From assembly GCA_013416795.1 (NCBI GenBank), contig RQSC01000031.1, forward strand, positions 1-64,000: DNA of 64,000 nucleotides, read 5' to 3'. Position numbers and translations under genes: made by a program. Within the stretch, counting starts at the first letter, position 1; every line of letters starts with the position of its first letter. This document shows positions 23,567 through 35,413 of this stretch, piece by piece. The notes beneath the pieces were generated by a model. That model worked only from the letters and a program-made list of their open reading frames with translations. It did not search any database and was not told the DNA's origin. This DNA comes from Prasinococcaceae sp. CCMP 1430. Taxonomy: Eukaryota; Plantae; Prasinodermophyta.

Positions 23567-25785
23567 CTACGCACGTGCCTCGACCACCTTCTCAGCCGCC
23601 ACAGGCTTGCCCAGATCCTCGTCCTTGTCGTCGGCGATGATCTTGGGATCCTTCGGGAGGATGAGGTTGAGGAACATCGCCAAGAAGGTGCCGATGCAGT
23701 AGGGAGTGTTCAGGAAGATCAGCACGCCGCTGCGCCAGGCCTTCTCGGCTTTGCTGCAGTCGGTGCACGGCCAGAAGTTCGCGGTGAAGGCGCTCGCGCG
23801 GAAGTCGCCGAACATGTAGGGCACGATGGCCACGCCCATGCCAACGCCCATCGCCACGGCCAGGATGAAGCGGTTGCGGCGGCTTTCCAGGTCGGCGCTG
23901 GACACGACGCGCAGGCCCGAGACGAAGACGTTGCAGACGAGGAAGGTGGTCATTCCACCGAGGACTGCCGAGGGGATGCTCGAGATGACGCCGGAGATTT
24001 TGGCGATGATGCCCATGAAGATGAGCCAGCCGCCGCAGGCGATGCCCGCGTGGCGCGAGGCGCACTTGGTGAGGGCGATCACGCCGTTGTTCTGCGAGAA
24101 GGTCGTGTTGGGCATGCTGGTGGCGATAGCGGAGAAGAAGGAGCAGATGCCGTCCGACAGGAGACCACCCTGGATGGACTTTCCGTAGTTCTCGGTGTCC
24201 AACTCGAGGCTCGAGCTCTCGTACGTGGCGCGGATGTCGCCGATGGACTCGACCGTGGTCACCACGAAGCAGATGAGCAGCGGGAACACAGCGGGCCCGT
24301 AGAAGCCAAGCTTGAAATTTTTCACCCACAGGAAGGTAATGTCCTCGGCGGAGTCAATATTTGCAGACGTCACGTAGCGGTCGCAGACCTCGATGACCTC
24401 GCCGTCGTCGTTGGTCGTGTCGTAGCAGTGGCGCGAGACGCCCGCGACAAAGTAGCCGAAGAGCAGCGCGATGACCACGTTACAGTTCTTCATGAAGGGC
24501 GAGCCGAAGAGCTCGATGATCACCAGCATGCACATGACGGAGAATCCCAGCCCGACGAGCTGGGCCGAGCCGAAGCCGAGCGAGGTCTCGCCTGAGGCGC
24601 ACATGGGGCTAGGGACGGGGCTGAAGGCGGCGTCGGCGAGCTGCCCGTGCTGCTTCCACGCCATGTCGGCGCACACGGCGCCGCCTCCCCAGTACTTCAT
24701 GCCCGTGCCCGTGAGCGAGACGCCGATGAGCATGACCGTGATGCCCGACACGATGGGCGGGAAGGCCTTCTTGAGCTGGAGGGGGGGGATGAAGCTGAGG
24801 AAGATCTCCAGGAACGCGCACACCATCACCGTGCCGAGCATCCTGCCGTAGGCGTCCATGCCCGAGTCGCCGTCGGCCTTCATCTGCCCGATGGCGGCTT
24901 GGAAGACGGGCAGGAAGGTGAAGCTGGTGCCCACCACGCTGAGCACGCCCGTACCGAGCTTGAAGCCCCCGGGCAGCGGGATCTGCACGCAGTTCACGAT
25001 GGTGCACAGCCCCGACACGATGAGGCTCGCCGCAATGGCGTACTCGTGGAGGTCCGTGCGCGCGAACGGGAAGCCGTCCACCGAGAACTTCATCACCACC
25101 AGGGGCGGAGTAATCAGGCCGCCCAGCCTGTGATGATCAGCGGGTGGGTTTGGGCGCGCGCGGGGGTACGATGTGTGGGTGGGTGGGTGTGGTGGTGTGG
25201 TTGTGGTGGTGGGGATCAGGGGAAATGCGGGTGGGTTGGTGAGGGGGGGGGGGGCGAGGCGGCGCCGCGGCGAGGAGCGCCGTGGCGAGGAGCGCGTCAG
25301 CGAGCGCGTCAGCGGCCAGCCCTCCGGAGCGCGCGAGCGTCGCGCCCGCACGCGGTGCCACGGGCCGAGCGCCCATGCGCGCTGGGCCGCGGGCGCGAGC
25401 AATCGAACGCGCGAACGAGCGTGCGCGCGCGCGCGCGCGCGCGCGCGCGAACGACGCACATTGCGAAGGCGTGCTGCAGGCCCATCAGCAGGGCGAGGAA
25501 GACGGGCATGGCCTTGTTGGCGCCGAAGAAGGTCATCGTGCGCTCCGTCCGCGACCACGGGACGCTGGGCATGAACAGCTTTGCGCGCGCGAAAGAGAGG
25601 GAGAGTCAGCCACGCGTCACCGCGCGCGCCCGCGAGCGAGCGAGCGCCCGCGAGCGCAGGCGAGCGCAGGCGAGCGCGGGCGAGCGCGCAGCCCCCTCCC
25701 CCCCAGCGGGCCGCGCCCGCGCGTGCTTGCGCACACGCACCGCCCCGTAGTCATACTTGCCGAACCACTCGATGGGCTTCGCCAT
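23567..25785 (-). CDS. Nucleobase-ascorbate transporter (NAT/NCS2), UapA-like uric acid/xanthine permease (exons 25785-25741, 25578-25460, 25127-23567)
   Basis: GLQHAFAMLGGLITPP, GTSFTF, NAT signature FSQNNGVIALTK, VLGGMTTFL. Spliced length is 575 codons. Confidence 0.92.
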
Positions 25786-25913
25786 GGTGGAGGTCGCAGG
25801 CGCCGCGCGCCTCCTGGGGAGCCGGCCGGAGCGCCGCGTGCGCTGTGTGCCGCGCCGACCCCTCGCCCCGCTCCGCAATTCGCGCGCGCGCCACGCGCGC
25901 GCACGCGCCGCAC

Positions 25914-26174
25914 CTTCAACACGGCCTCTCTGAGTCTCAAAACATGGTACACGGCGCCCTCGGCGCCCTCGGAGCCCTCGGCGCCCTCGGAGCCCTCGGA
26001 GCCCTCGCCCTCGCCCTCATCCCCCCCCTCGCCCCCGCCGGCCCCGCGGGCGCCGCCGAGGCGCCCCGCGCCGTCGCGCTCCCACACCTGCACCGAGCCG
26101 AGGAAGTCGTTGGCGACGACGCGCGCGTCGCCGGCGAAGGCCGCGCCGTAAAAGCCCTGCAGGTTGGCGACCAC
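25914..26174 (-). CDS. Isolated 87-codon exon, WD40-like blade (weak ELP2 resemblance) plus acidic EG repeat
   Basis: AG/GT bounded; ANLQGFYGAAFAGDARVVANDFLGSVQVWER. Confidence 0.3.
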
Positions 26175-26268
26175 CTGCGCGCGCGGGCGCGCGGGCGCGT
26201 GTGTGTGAGCGTGCGCACATGCGCGAGCGTTGACGCGCGAGCGCACACACACGCACACGCACATGCAA

Positions 26269-26475
<207 letters not shown>

Positions 26476-27124
26476 CGCGCGCGCGCGGCGGTTGGGGCGC
26501 GGTGGACTGCGCGCAGCACCCTTCCGACGGCCCGCGCGCGCGCGCGCGCGCGGGGGAACGCGAAACGCTCCCGCAAAGGTGGACGCGCGGATTCGCGGGT
26601 CGGATCCGCGAAAACGCGCGCGCGAACGAAAATTCGCGGCCGGGCGAACGAACGAACGCTCGCCCGCGGAAGGAACGAACGCGCGCGCGCGCGTCGCCGT
26701 CCCCCGCGAAACGACCGCCGCGGCCGAACCGCCGAACCGCGAAACGACCTTTGCGCAACCCAAGGGGCGCGCCCCTTACGATCTGACGAGCCACAACGAA
26801 CCCACCACCCAACGGAATCGGCCAGATGAAACTGCAACGCGGAGTCGTAGGGCGACGCCCACCAACGAGGCGGAAGGCATGCACAGACAGAGTGGCGAGA
26901 CCACGCGTTCGAAAAATCGCTTCGCGCCCTCTCCACGGCTGGACTGGCGGTGGCTGGACTGGACGGGCTGGCGGCATGGCCGATCGCAACGGCGCCGCCT
27001 CTGCGCATCGCGCGCGATATTTGGGGATGTGTGTGCCGCGTCAGCGCTCGCTCGCGCGCTCGTCGGTCGGTCGGTCGATCGATACATCCAACCGACCAAC
27101 CAATCGCCACTCTCCTCTCTCTCT

Positions 27125-27245
27125 GCCTCCTGTCCGTCCGTCTGCCTGTCTCTGTCTGTCTCTGTCCTCTGTCTGCTCTGTCCGTCCGTCTGTCTGTCTG
27201 TCTGTCTGTCCATCTGTCAGTCCGTGTCTGTCTGTCTGTCTGTCG

Positions 27246-27279
<34 letters not shown>

Positions 27280-27310
27280 CCGTGTGTCCGTCTGTCTGTC
27301 TGTCTGCCTG
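27125..27310. repeat. (GTCT/GTCC)n tetranucleotide repeat (a similar tract lies at about 18765-18810)
   Basis: Directly visible. Confidence 0.9.
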
Positions 27311-27923
27311 CCCGTGCCCGCGGCCGACGCGGCGGGGTGCACCCCGAATTTGATCCACGCCAGGCGCGGTCGAAGTCGAGCGAGTCGCGGCTGGCTGGCT
27401 GGCTGGCGTGCATCCTGATGGGCGGCTGGCTGGAGCCGACCGAAAAGGTCGATCGAAACAGGCCTCGCGAAAAACAGGCACATGGGAATTCGTCCGGAAA
27501 TTCCATCAGAAATTCCCCACAAAAAAATGGCAGGGCGTTGTTGGTATCGCGCGGTCGGTCTGCGGGAAGGCGCGGCGCGCGGCGCGCGGGCCGGGCCGGT
27601 GCGCGCCAGCGACAGGGAGAGAGAGAGAGAGAGAGCGGCTCGCCAGCCAGCCGGCTGCGGGAGGGGAGCCGAGAGGGGACAAGGCGCCTGCCCAGGTGGC
27701 GACCCGCCCCAAGCCAGCGGCGCGCGGGGCGACGTGAGTCGGTGGCGCGGCGCGGACCGGGCCGCGGGCCGGACGGCCACGCTGCCGCGCGTGCCCGCGA
27801 CTCGCCTGCTGCGCGGGGGCTGGGCCGCGCGCCGCCGCGCAGCGCGGTCCGGTCGCAGCTACAGGTCTCGTCATTTAACTAAGGGAGATCGCAGACGCGC
27901 CCGCAGCCCAGCGCCTCCGCCCA

Positions 27924-29060
27924 CTAGAGTGGCGCGAAGAACGCCAGCAGGCCGTACTCGCAGTAGAAGATCTTCCATATGAAGGCGTAGAACCTCTTGA
28001 TGGCCTCCTGGCTCCAGTCGGCGGCCCGCAGGTTGGCCACGGCGGCGGCGATGAAGCCGCAGATCGCCAGGTGCCACGTCGACATCCAGCCGTGGAAGGC
28101 GCCGGGCAGCACGTACGGCAGCGCCGCGGCGCCGCCGTAGAGGGCGAGCAGCATGCCCGCGGCGATGTAGGACATGCGGGCCGCCCCTAGCCGCACGGCG
28201 AAGGACTCGATGCCCGCCCGCTTGTCGCCCTCGATGTCGGGGAGATCCTTCGAGATGGCGATGACCGTCGCGAAGGACGTGACGAAGGTGGTGGCGAAGA
28301 GGATCGTGGGGCTCCACACGAAGGGCAGGCCCATCGCAGCGCGCGCGGCGCAGTACACGCCGAAGTTGAGCAAGAAGCCGCGCACGGTCGCGATGATCAT
28401 GAACGCCAGCACCGGGAAGCGCTTGAGATAGAAGGGCGGCACCGAGTACACGGTGCCCAGCGCCAGGCCGAAGGCGTACAGCCCGGAGATGACCGGGCCG
28501 AAGTTGACGTGCGCCAGCATGAGGCCGGCGGCGGCGAGCGCGGCGCACAGCACCCAGGCGGTCGCCTTGCTGAGCTCCCCGGCCGCGATGGGGAGGAAGG
28601 GCTTGTTGACCTTGTCAATCTCCACGTCGTATATCTGGTTGATGCCGACGATGTACCCGTTCCCGCAGAGCAGGCAGAGCACGCCGAGCGCCGCGCGCGG
28701 CAGCAGCGAGCTCACGTCGGCGAGCGCCGCGGGGTTCTCGAGCACCGCGCGCAGCGTGACCGCGCTGCTCCCCAGGATGGTGCCGCGAATGGTGTGCGGC
28801 CTGAGGAACTTCCAAAAGGCCGCGCGGAAGCGCTCCATCCCCTGCACGTCCGCCCCGAGCACGCGACCGCCCTCCACGCCGCCGCGGTTGGCGTCGGCGC
28901 CCGCGGCGGCGGCGCACGTCGGTGTCCTCGCCCTCGCTCCCGCCCTCACCCTCGCCGTGCCGCGCGCGCGCGCACAGCGGCGTGTGGCGGCGCGCCGTCG
29001 CTGCGCACTGCCTCGAATCTTATCCGGCTCCCGCGGCGCACGGGCCGCGCTGCTGGCCAC
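27924..29060 (-). CDS. HST: Homogentisate solanesyltransferase (UbiA family, plastoquinone synthesis); start codon uncertain
   Basis: FWKFLRPHTIRGTILG, CGNGYIVGINQIYDVEIDKVNKPFLPIAAGELS, YSVPPF.LKRFP, KDLPDIEGD, FYAFIWKIFYCEY. Confidence 0.93.
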   Translation of the reverse strand: MASSAARAPREPDKIRGSAQRRRAATRRCARARGTARVRAGARARTPTCAAAAGADANRGGVEGGRVLGADVQGMERFRAAFWKFLRPHTIRGTILGSSAVTLRAVLENPAALADVSSLLPRAALGVLCLLCGNGYIVGINQIYDVEIDKVNKPFLPIAAGELSKATAWVLCAALAAAGLMLAHVNFGPVISGLYAFGLALGTVYSVPPFYLKRFPVLAFMIIATVRGFLLNFGVYCAARAAMGLPFVWSPTILFATTFVTSFATVIAISKDLPDIEGDKRAGIESFAVRLGAARMSYIAAGMLLALYGGAAALPYVLPGAFHGWMSTWHLAICGFIAAAVANLRAADWSQEAIKRFYAFIWKIFYCEYGLLAFFAPL

Positions 29061-29335
29061 GTGCGCTTTGACCTCCCCCACACCACCACCCCCAAAACAC
29101 GCACCGAGGCCAAAGCCAACGATACCAGTTTTTAAAAGCAGTTTGGAGTGTCGTTACCACGTGCGCTTTGACCTCCCCCACCACACCCCCCCAAAAAAAC
29201 GCACCGAGGCCAAAGCCAACGATACCAGTTTTTAGTCTAAAAGCAGATTTGAGTGTCGTTACCACGTGCGCTTTGACCTCCCTCCCCCAGCCAGGCCGGC
29301 GCAAAGGACACACACAACGCGCGATACCAGTTTTA
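29058..29335. repeat. About 100-105 bp tandem repeat x3 (third copy diverged), each starting CACGTGCGCTTTGACCTCCC
   Basis: CACGTG at 29058, 29158 and 29263; shared GCACCGAGGCCAAAGCCAACGATACCAGTTTTTA block in copies 1 and 2, GATACCAGTTTT in copy 3. Confidence 0.9.
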
Positions 29336-29633
29336 GCTTGGCTGTGTACGGCAGTTCCACGAACAGGGAATATGCGCCGCTCCGCGACCTCCCTCCTCGC
29401 GCCCGTGCGCCTGAAACCGAACTTTCCGCTCTTCCAAATGCTCGCGAGATGATCTGTTTTGAACGAACATCGCGGGGTTTTCTGCGGCGCGCTCCGCGCG
29501 TTTTGTGTCGTCGTCCCGCGTGGCGTGGCGGGCGGCGGCTGCGCGTGCGGCGGCGGGGCCCCGGCGGCGGCGGNTACGAGCCGAGAGCGGGCGAAGAGCA
29601 GCCGGGCGCGGCGCGGGGCGGCGCGGCGCAGGC

Positions 29634-31786
29634 ATGGCGGGCGTGGGCGCGCGGAAGCCGCCGGTGGTCCCAGTGCCCGGAGGCGCGCCTGACGCAGGCC
29701 AGGAGACCACGCCGCCGCAGGGGACGCCGGTGGCACGGCTCAGGAGGATCGACACGCCGATGGCCGCAGCCTCCGTCGGGCGCACGTTCGACGGCGCCGC
29801 CGGGGGCCTGGACGGCGGCGCGCAAGGGGCCGCGGGCGGCGGTGGCGTGGCGGCCGGCGCCGCGGCGCCCCCGCGGCACCGGCGTTCCTCGAGCGGATAC
29901 GCGTTCCCCTTGCTCGGCAGCATGGCGCGCATGGGCAGGGGCAGTATGGGCAAGACGACGCGAATGACCCCCAACAAGTGGTCCTTCGACGACCTCGCCA
30001 CCAAGGTGTACGGCGACGCCGCGCGTGCGCCGATGCAGGGGCCGGGCGCCGTGGGCTCGTCGGTCGGCTCAGTCGGAAGCAGCGGCGGCGCAGGCGCAGG
30101 CGGAGGCGGCGGAGGCGCCAATGGGAGCGCGGGGGTTGGCGGCTCGGTCGCGGCGCCGCGCCAGCGCACGTGGCTCGTGTTCGAGTCCAGCGGCGCCGTG
30201 CGCAAGTACTCGGCGGAGAAACACCGCCTCGTGAGACGACTCGCAGTGCCCGCGCGCGACCTTCGCGTGCTCGATCCGGCGAGCCACACCCCCGCGGCCA
30301 TCCTCTGCCGTGAGAAGGCGCTGGTGGTCAACCTCGGCTTCATTCGCATGGTGCTCTGTGCCGACGAGGCCTACCTTCTGTACTCAGGCTTCGACCAGCT
30401 GCAGTCGAGGCAGGTGCGCGCGTTCGCCGAGAGGCTGCGCGTGCAGCTGGAGGCACGCGCGGAGGTGAGCCACCCGGCCGTCGCTGGCGCGAACCGCGAC
30501 TCTGGGTACGCCTCCGATGGCGACCTGAGCGCCGGCCGTGGCGGCAGGCGCTTTGGTGGCTACAGCTCCGACGCCAGCGACGTGTCGGCGTCTCCCGCGA
30601 AGCAGGTGCGTAAGTCGTCCGAACCTGACTGCGACCAGCTATCCCCCGGGGACGACGGAGGCATCGAGGCTGAGCTGCTGCTGGGGAGTGCTGCCCTTGG
30701 CGCGATGGGGGGGCACGACGGCAGAGCGGGGGATGGGCGCGACTCAAGTCGCGACAGCGAGATGAGCAAGTTCGGGGGCGGCCTCTTCCGCCAGCGTCAG
30801 CAAAACTTCTTCGAGTTCCGAGTGCTCGAGTCCGCGCTTGAGCGCGTGGTGAGTGACCTCGAAAACGAGACGGACGAACTCGAGCGCCTGGCGTATCCGG
30901 CGCTCGATCAGCTCACCTATGATGTCACAAGCTCCAACCTGGATAGTGTACGCAAGATCAAGGGCAAGATGAACCGCCTGCACAATCGCGCGACGCAGTT
31001 CCGCGATGAGCTCGAGCAGCTTCTGGCCAATGACGACGACATGAACGAGATGTACCTCACGCGCAAGCTGGTAGCGGAGGCTGACGAGCCGCTCTCCACG
31101 CCTTTCGGGGATGGTGACGAGCGCTTCGGCGGGTCCGACTCGGAAGACGAGGGCAGTGTTCGGGGGGGCGTTGGCGGAAGTGGTCGAGGGGGCGCCTCGG
31201 CGCAACGGTTGCTACACGAGGGCAAGCTGCAGCAGCAGCCGCAGCAGGTGTACGACGTGGAGGAGATAGAGGACCTGCTGGAGACATACAACGAGCAGGT
31301 GCTGGCCTGCGTGTACAAGCTAAGCACGCTGCGCGAGTACATCGATGACACAGAGGACTACATCGCCATCATGCAGGACTCTCACCGAAACAGGCTCATC
31401 CAAATGGACCTCATGATCTCATGCGGCACGTTCTGCCTGACGGTAACCGCGGTGGTGGCGAGCCTCTTCGGCATGAACATCCCAAACCCGCTCGGAGGGC
31501 TGCTCAATGGCGACGACGAGGATTGTGCGTTTGCGCGTGCGCGCTCTCGCCAGCTGCGCGCCCAACCGCGATGTGGCGCCTGTTGGCACGCGTGGTGCCC
31601 TACATCGAGCTGCGCTCTGCTCACTGGCGCGCACTTCGCCTCTGACACCACCGGCCCGGCCATGCACGCGCACATGGACGTGCAGACTCACGTTGGTACG
31701 CCATCACGTGGTCCTTCATTGCGCTAGCGCTGGTGGTGTTCGTCGTGCTTGTCTACGTCGCCAAACGGCGTGCGGTGCTCCGATGA
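29634..31786 (+). CDS. MRS2: MRS2/CorA-family Mg2+ transporter (exons 29634-31524, 31686-31786)
   Basis: ARDLRVLDP, AILCREKALVVNL, FEFRVLE, DMNEMYLTRK, IDDTEDYI, LFGMNI (GMN motif), spliced second TM. Confidence 0.93.
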
Positions 31787-33149
31787 ACTTGCCGCGCGCG
31801 CGCTGCACGCACGAGCTTCGCGGCACGAGGAGCGGCCGCGCGCAGGGGCTATCTGGGAGCGCGCCCGTCGGCGCGGCGCCCAACGAGTCTGTCAACACGT
31901 AAGCCCGCACTGTTCAGTGACACTCCCCTCGCCATAGCCATCGCGCGCGCGCGTTCCGACGTCCGGGGCTCACGCGCGTTTCTCCCACCTCGGCCCTCCC
32001 GACCAGCCCCGCCCGCGGGCTTGGTGAGAGCCCAACGGTCCTTGACAGGGTGGGTGAGTGGATTGCGTGCTGCCACGTTTTTCCACGCGCGCTCTGCTGG
32101 CATGGGATGCGAAGGGGCGCGTGTCCCGAAATTTACATGGAGAATTCATATCAAAACCTCGGCTCGCGAAGGGGCGCGGGCACGCTCCGCCCGCGCGCGC
32201 TGGCTGTCGCTGTCACCCACTGCTTGGTGTGACCGGCGCGGCGGGGCGCGTGCGAGCGCGCGCGCGCAGAGAGGGGAGGGGAGGGTATGTCACCCATAGC
32301 GCCATCAACCGAGCGTGCTGGCCGTTCCGAGCGCGCCAGGGCGCATGGTGTAGGGTCTGCGCACGCGCGGGCCCTTGCGCACGAACGCGGGCAACCGTTT
32401 TCTTGTTTCGACGCTGTCGCGGCCTGCCTGCTCGCCGCGGGATATTAAGGATAATAAGGATATTAAGGATATCGCGCGGACGTTTAGGACGCAGAGAGAG
32501 GGGCTGGCGTGGATAAGCATGCGTAACGTCAGCGCTGCGAGAGAAACGGTCGCAGCGCGAGCTGGCGGGCGCCGGTTCAGCTGCCTGGGTCGGCATGGGA
32601 ATGAATGAGCGGTTACAAATTCTGCTGTTGCATTCTGCGGCGGGCGCGCACGCGCGCGCGCGCCCGCAGCGCAGGCGGGTGGATGCGTGCATGCACGGGC
32701 GCGCGGGTGCACAGGTGCCACTGTGCGCATTGCGAGCACGTGCATTCCACTGCCCGCGCTCATCAGGCGCGTCCCCGCCCACATCGCTTCCACACTCTGC
32801 ACCGAGACGCCTACTTGCAGGAGCACATATGCCTGGGACCTTGGCCGCCGCCCTCGAGGCGCAGGCCGAAATGCACGATGCTGCTTTCGCCGTTACTGCT
32901 CCTGCGAATGCCATCGCTGAGGAGGTGGTCAAGGTGCGTGCGCGTGCGCCCCGCGTTGAGCGCCAGCGCGTGCACACGCACTCACGCGCAAATGCAGACA
33001 CTGCCCGCGTATTGCGAGGTTCAGCGATGGGGACAAGCAAGTCATCGCATCCCCGAGTCCATTCCAATTTGCGTCGAGAACGTGACTGACGCCCGAAGGC
33101 CAACGCGCCAACGCGCTTACCACTGCGCTTGTAGCCCGAGCTCGGTGAG

Positions 33150-33969
33150 ATGGACATCGGCGAGGACTTCGTCGCTGTGAGAGACTCAGATATCAGTGGT
33201 TCCTCTGATGATGGTGCGGGCAGCGACGACGGGGCCGTGCTGGTGACGAGCCCGAAGAAGCGCCCCGCGACCAACGCCCCATGCACACCGGAGAAGGCCA
33301 CGCGCGCGCGGACTGGAAGGTTCACGCAGAGGCTACTGTTGCCGTCCACTCCGCCGAGGCAGCTCTTCGGCTCGGACCCGTACGTGGGCGCCCACATTTC
33401 CGACGCCCCGCCTCGCATTCGAACCGCCGCGGCCGCGCCCCGTGAGCTTGGCCCGGTCAAGGTGCGTATCATACACGCGCAGACCGACAAGGCGACGCTC
33501 CAGATGAACTTTTCGCAAGATGACACCATTCGCAAGGTCAAGAACGACATAGCCAGCGCGGTTGGCGCGCCGGCTGCGGCCCTCATGCTCACGTTTGGTG
33601 GTCGCGTGCTCGGCCGCAGACACAGGTGCGACTGCGCATGCATAGATCCAGACTTTGCGCGCAGTCGCGCTAGGCATGCGCGCATCCAGCGAGCGACGAG
33701 ACAGATTGGACGGCGTGTTGACCCATCGACTTGATTTGTGCTCCTTCCGCACGCTCGTGCCGACCTCCAGGCACGATTACCTCCACGATGAGGCCGTCAT
33801 GACCCTTGGGGACTACCGCGTCTTCCAGTGGTTGGCGCGCTTTCCGGACTGGGTACTCGACTGCGACCTGATGGTGGACACCCCCCCTGAACTTGCTCTC
33901 ACGGAAGATGCGGAGGTCACCACGGCGGACACCGATCCTGGCATCGCGCGCGTGGTTGCGCAGATTTGA
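33150..33969 (+). CDS. Hypothetical protein with a ubiquitin-like domain (exons 33150-33625, 33771-33969; further 5' exons possible near 32713-32933)
   Basis: VKVRIIHAQ..TLQMNFSQDDTIRKVKNDIASAVGAPAAALMLTFGGRVL resembles a beta-grasp UBL; in-phase intron. Confidence 0.5.
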
Positions 33970-34272
33970 GGTGCACGCTGTGTTCGGGCGGCCGCAGGTC
34001 CGACTTGGCACGCGGAGCTCTCATCGGTGCGCTGACACTGTGGAGAGAGCAAGAGGGCGCGAACGTCACACTGCGCGACAATGTAAGAGAGGGATTGATA
34101 GAAGGGCGAGCAGGCCAACTTGCGTCACCCCTCTCTGCGCTTGCCTGCGCCGTGCCTGCGCGAGCGCGAGCACGCGCGCGAGTGCGCGTACGAGTGTGCA
34201 TGTAGCACTCCATGAGCTCTCCTGCGTGTCTACTTATAGATTGATGCAAGGGGTGCGGGCCTGCGTCCCTCC

Positions 34273-35004
34273 TCAGATCCTGAACGCCCTGTAGTGGCCT
34301 GGCCCCCCGCCGCCCATGTACGGCGAGTACGGCCTCACCGAATTGTACGACGGCAGCTGGCGCAGGCTGGCGTCTCCCCCCCTAGCGCCCCCACCGCTGC
34401 CGCCATAGTACTTGCGGGACGCGCCGCTGGCCGTCGACATCGCCGTGCCAGGGCGCGACGGCAAGTCGCCGAGGAACGCGCTGGGCGCATCGACCTGCAG
34501 AGCGCGCAGCCCGCCACTGAGCACGTAGATGTTGTCCACCCCCTTCTCGAAACACAAGTTTGCCGCGGGGCCGGCCACGCGCTCGTCATTGTCCACCAGA
34601 ATGATGGCCGCGCCCTCGCGGTTCTTGTAACGCAGCACCTCGGCGCTGAAGGGGTGGCAGCTGTGGGTGAAGAGCGTGGCGGGGTACGAGATGGAGCCGC
34701 GCGCGTGGCCAGCCTCGTACTCATCTGTCCCACGCACGTCGAGCACGAGGTACTCGACCGCCTCCTCGGCGAGCATGCGCGCAAAAGTAAGCGGCTTGAG
34801 GCGCTTGAAGTGCTCGCCACGGAGCGCGCGGCCGGCGCGCGAATTTTCGGACCGCTTCAGCGCCTTCGAGAGCGTGAGGCCCGTATCGAGCGAGCTCTTG
34901 ACGCGGTCATATTTGTGCGAGGTGTAGACGCGCCTCTGCAACACATCCTTGTCGCCGATGCCGCGCGAGCTTGCGCCGATGTTGCGCGACGACGGCAGCA
35001 CCAT
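34273..35004 (-). CDS. CEP41: CEP41/TSGA14-like rhodanese-domain ciliary protein
   Basis: KYDRVKSSLDTG, FKRLKPLTFA, LVLDVRG..EYEAGH, YKNREGAAIILVDNDER, GVDNIYVLSGGL. Confidence 0.85.
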   Translation of the reverse strand: MVLPSSRNIGASSRGIGDKDVLQRRVYTSHKYDRVKSSLDTGLTLSKALKRSENSRAGRALRGEHFKRLKPLTFARMLAEEAVEYLVLDVRGTDEYEAGHARGSISYPATLFTHSCHPFSAEVLRYKNREGAAIILVDNDERVAGPAANLCFEKGVDNIYVLSGGLRALQVDAPSAFLGDLPSRPGTAMSTASGASRKYYGGSGGGARGGDASLRQLPSYNSVRPYSPYMGGGGPGHYRAFRI

Positions 35005-35413
35005 GGCGGCCGACCTCCTCTCCCCACAACCCCCACCCCCACCACCGAACGCGCGCGGCACGCTCCCCCTGCGCGCGTCGCCTCCCTCTTTCTTTCCCCC
35101 CTCACCCGGCGCCCCGCCGTCGGCGCCGCGCGCCGCGCGTCCTATGCCGCCCCGCGGACAGCCCCGCGCCGCCAGCACTCGCGCGCGCGCACGCGCTCGC
35201 CGCGCGGACATCGCGCTCCCCGACGCCCGGGCACAGGCATGCGCCCCCCTCTCGTCGCCCTTTTTTTTTGGCATTCTTTTTCTTCACGCGGGATACGCCC
35301 ACACCGGACGGCCAGCGGCGGCGGCGCGTGAGCTCTGCGGGGTGTGAGGAAGGGGGGGCGGGGGGCGGCGCCGTCGGCGACAGGCTGCGGCGATGGGCAC
35401 GGCGAGCGCCGCC

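Noticed and set aside
15450-25785. Purine-salvage cluster (deaminase-like plus xanthine permease)
   Set aside because: They are separated by two unrelated genes, and the amidohydrolase lacks catalytic ligands.
29058-29335. CRISPR-like array
   Set aside because: The units are whole tandem duplications with similar spacers, and there are no cas genes in this eukaryotic context.
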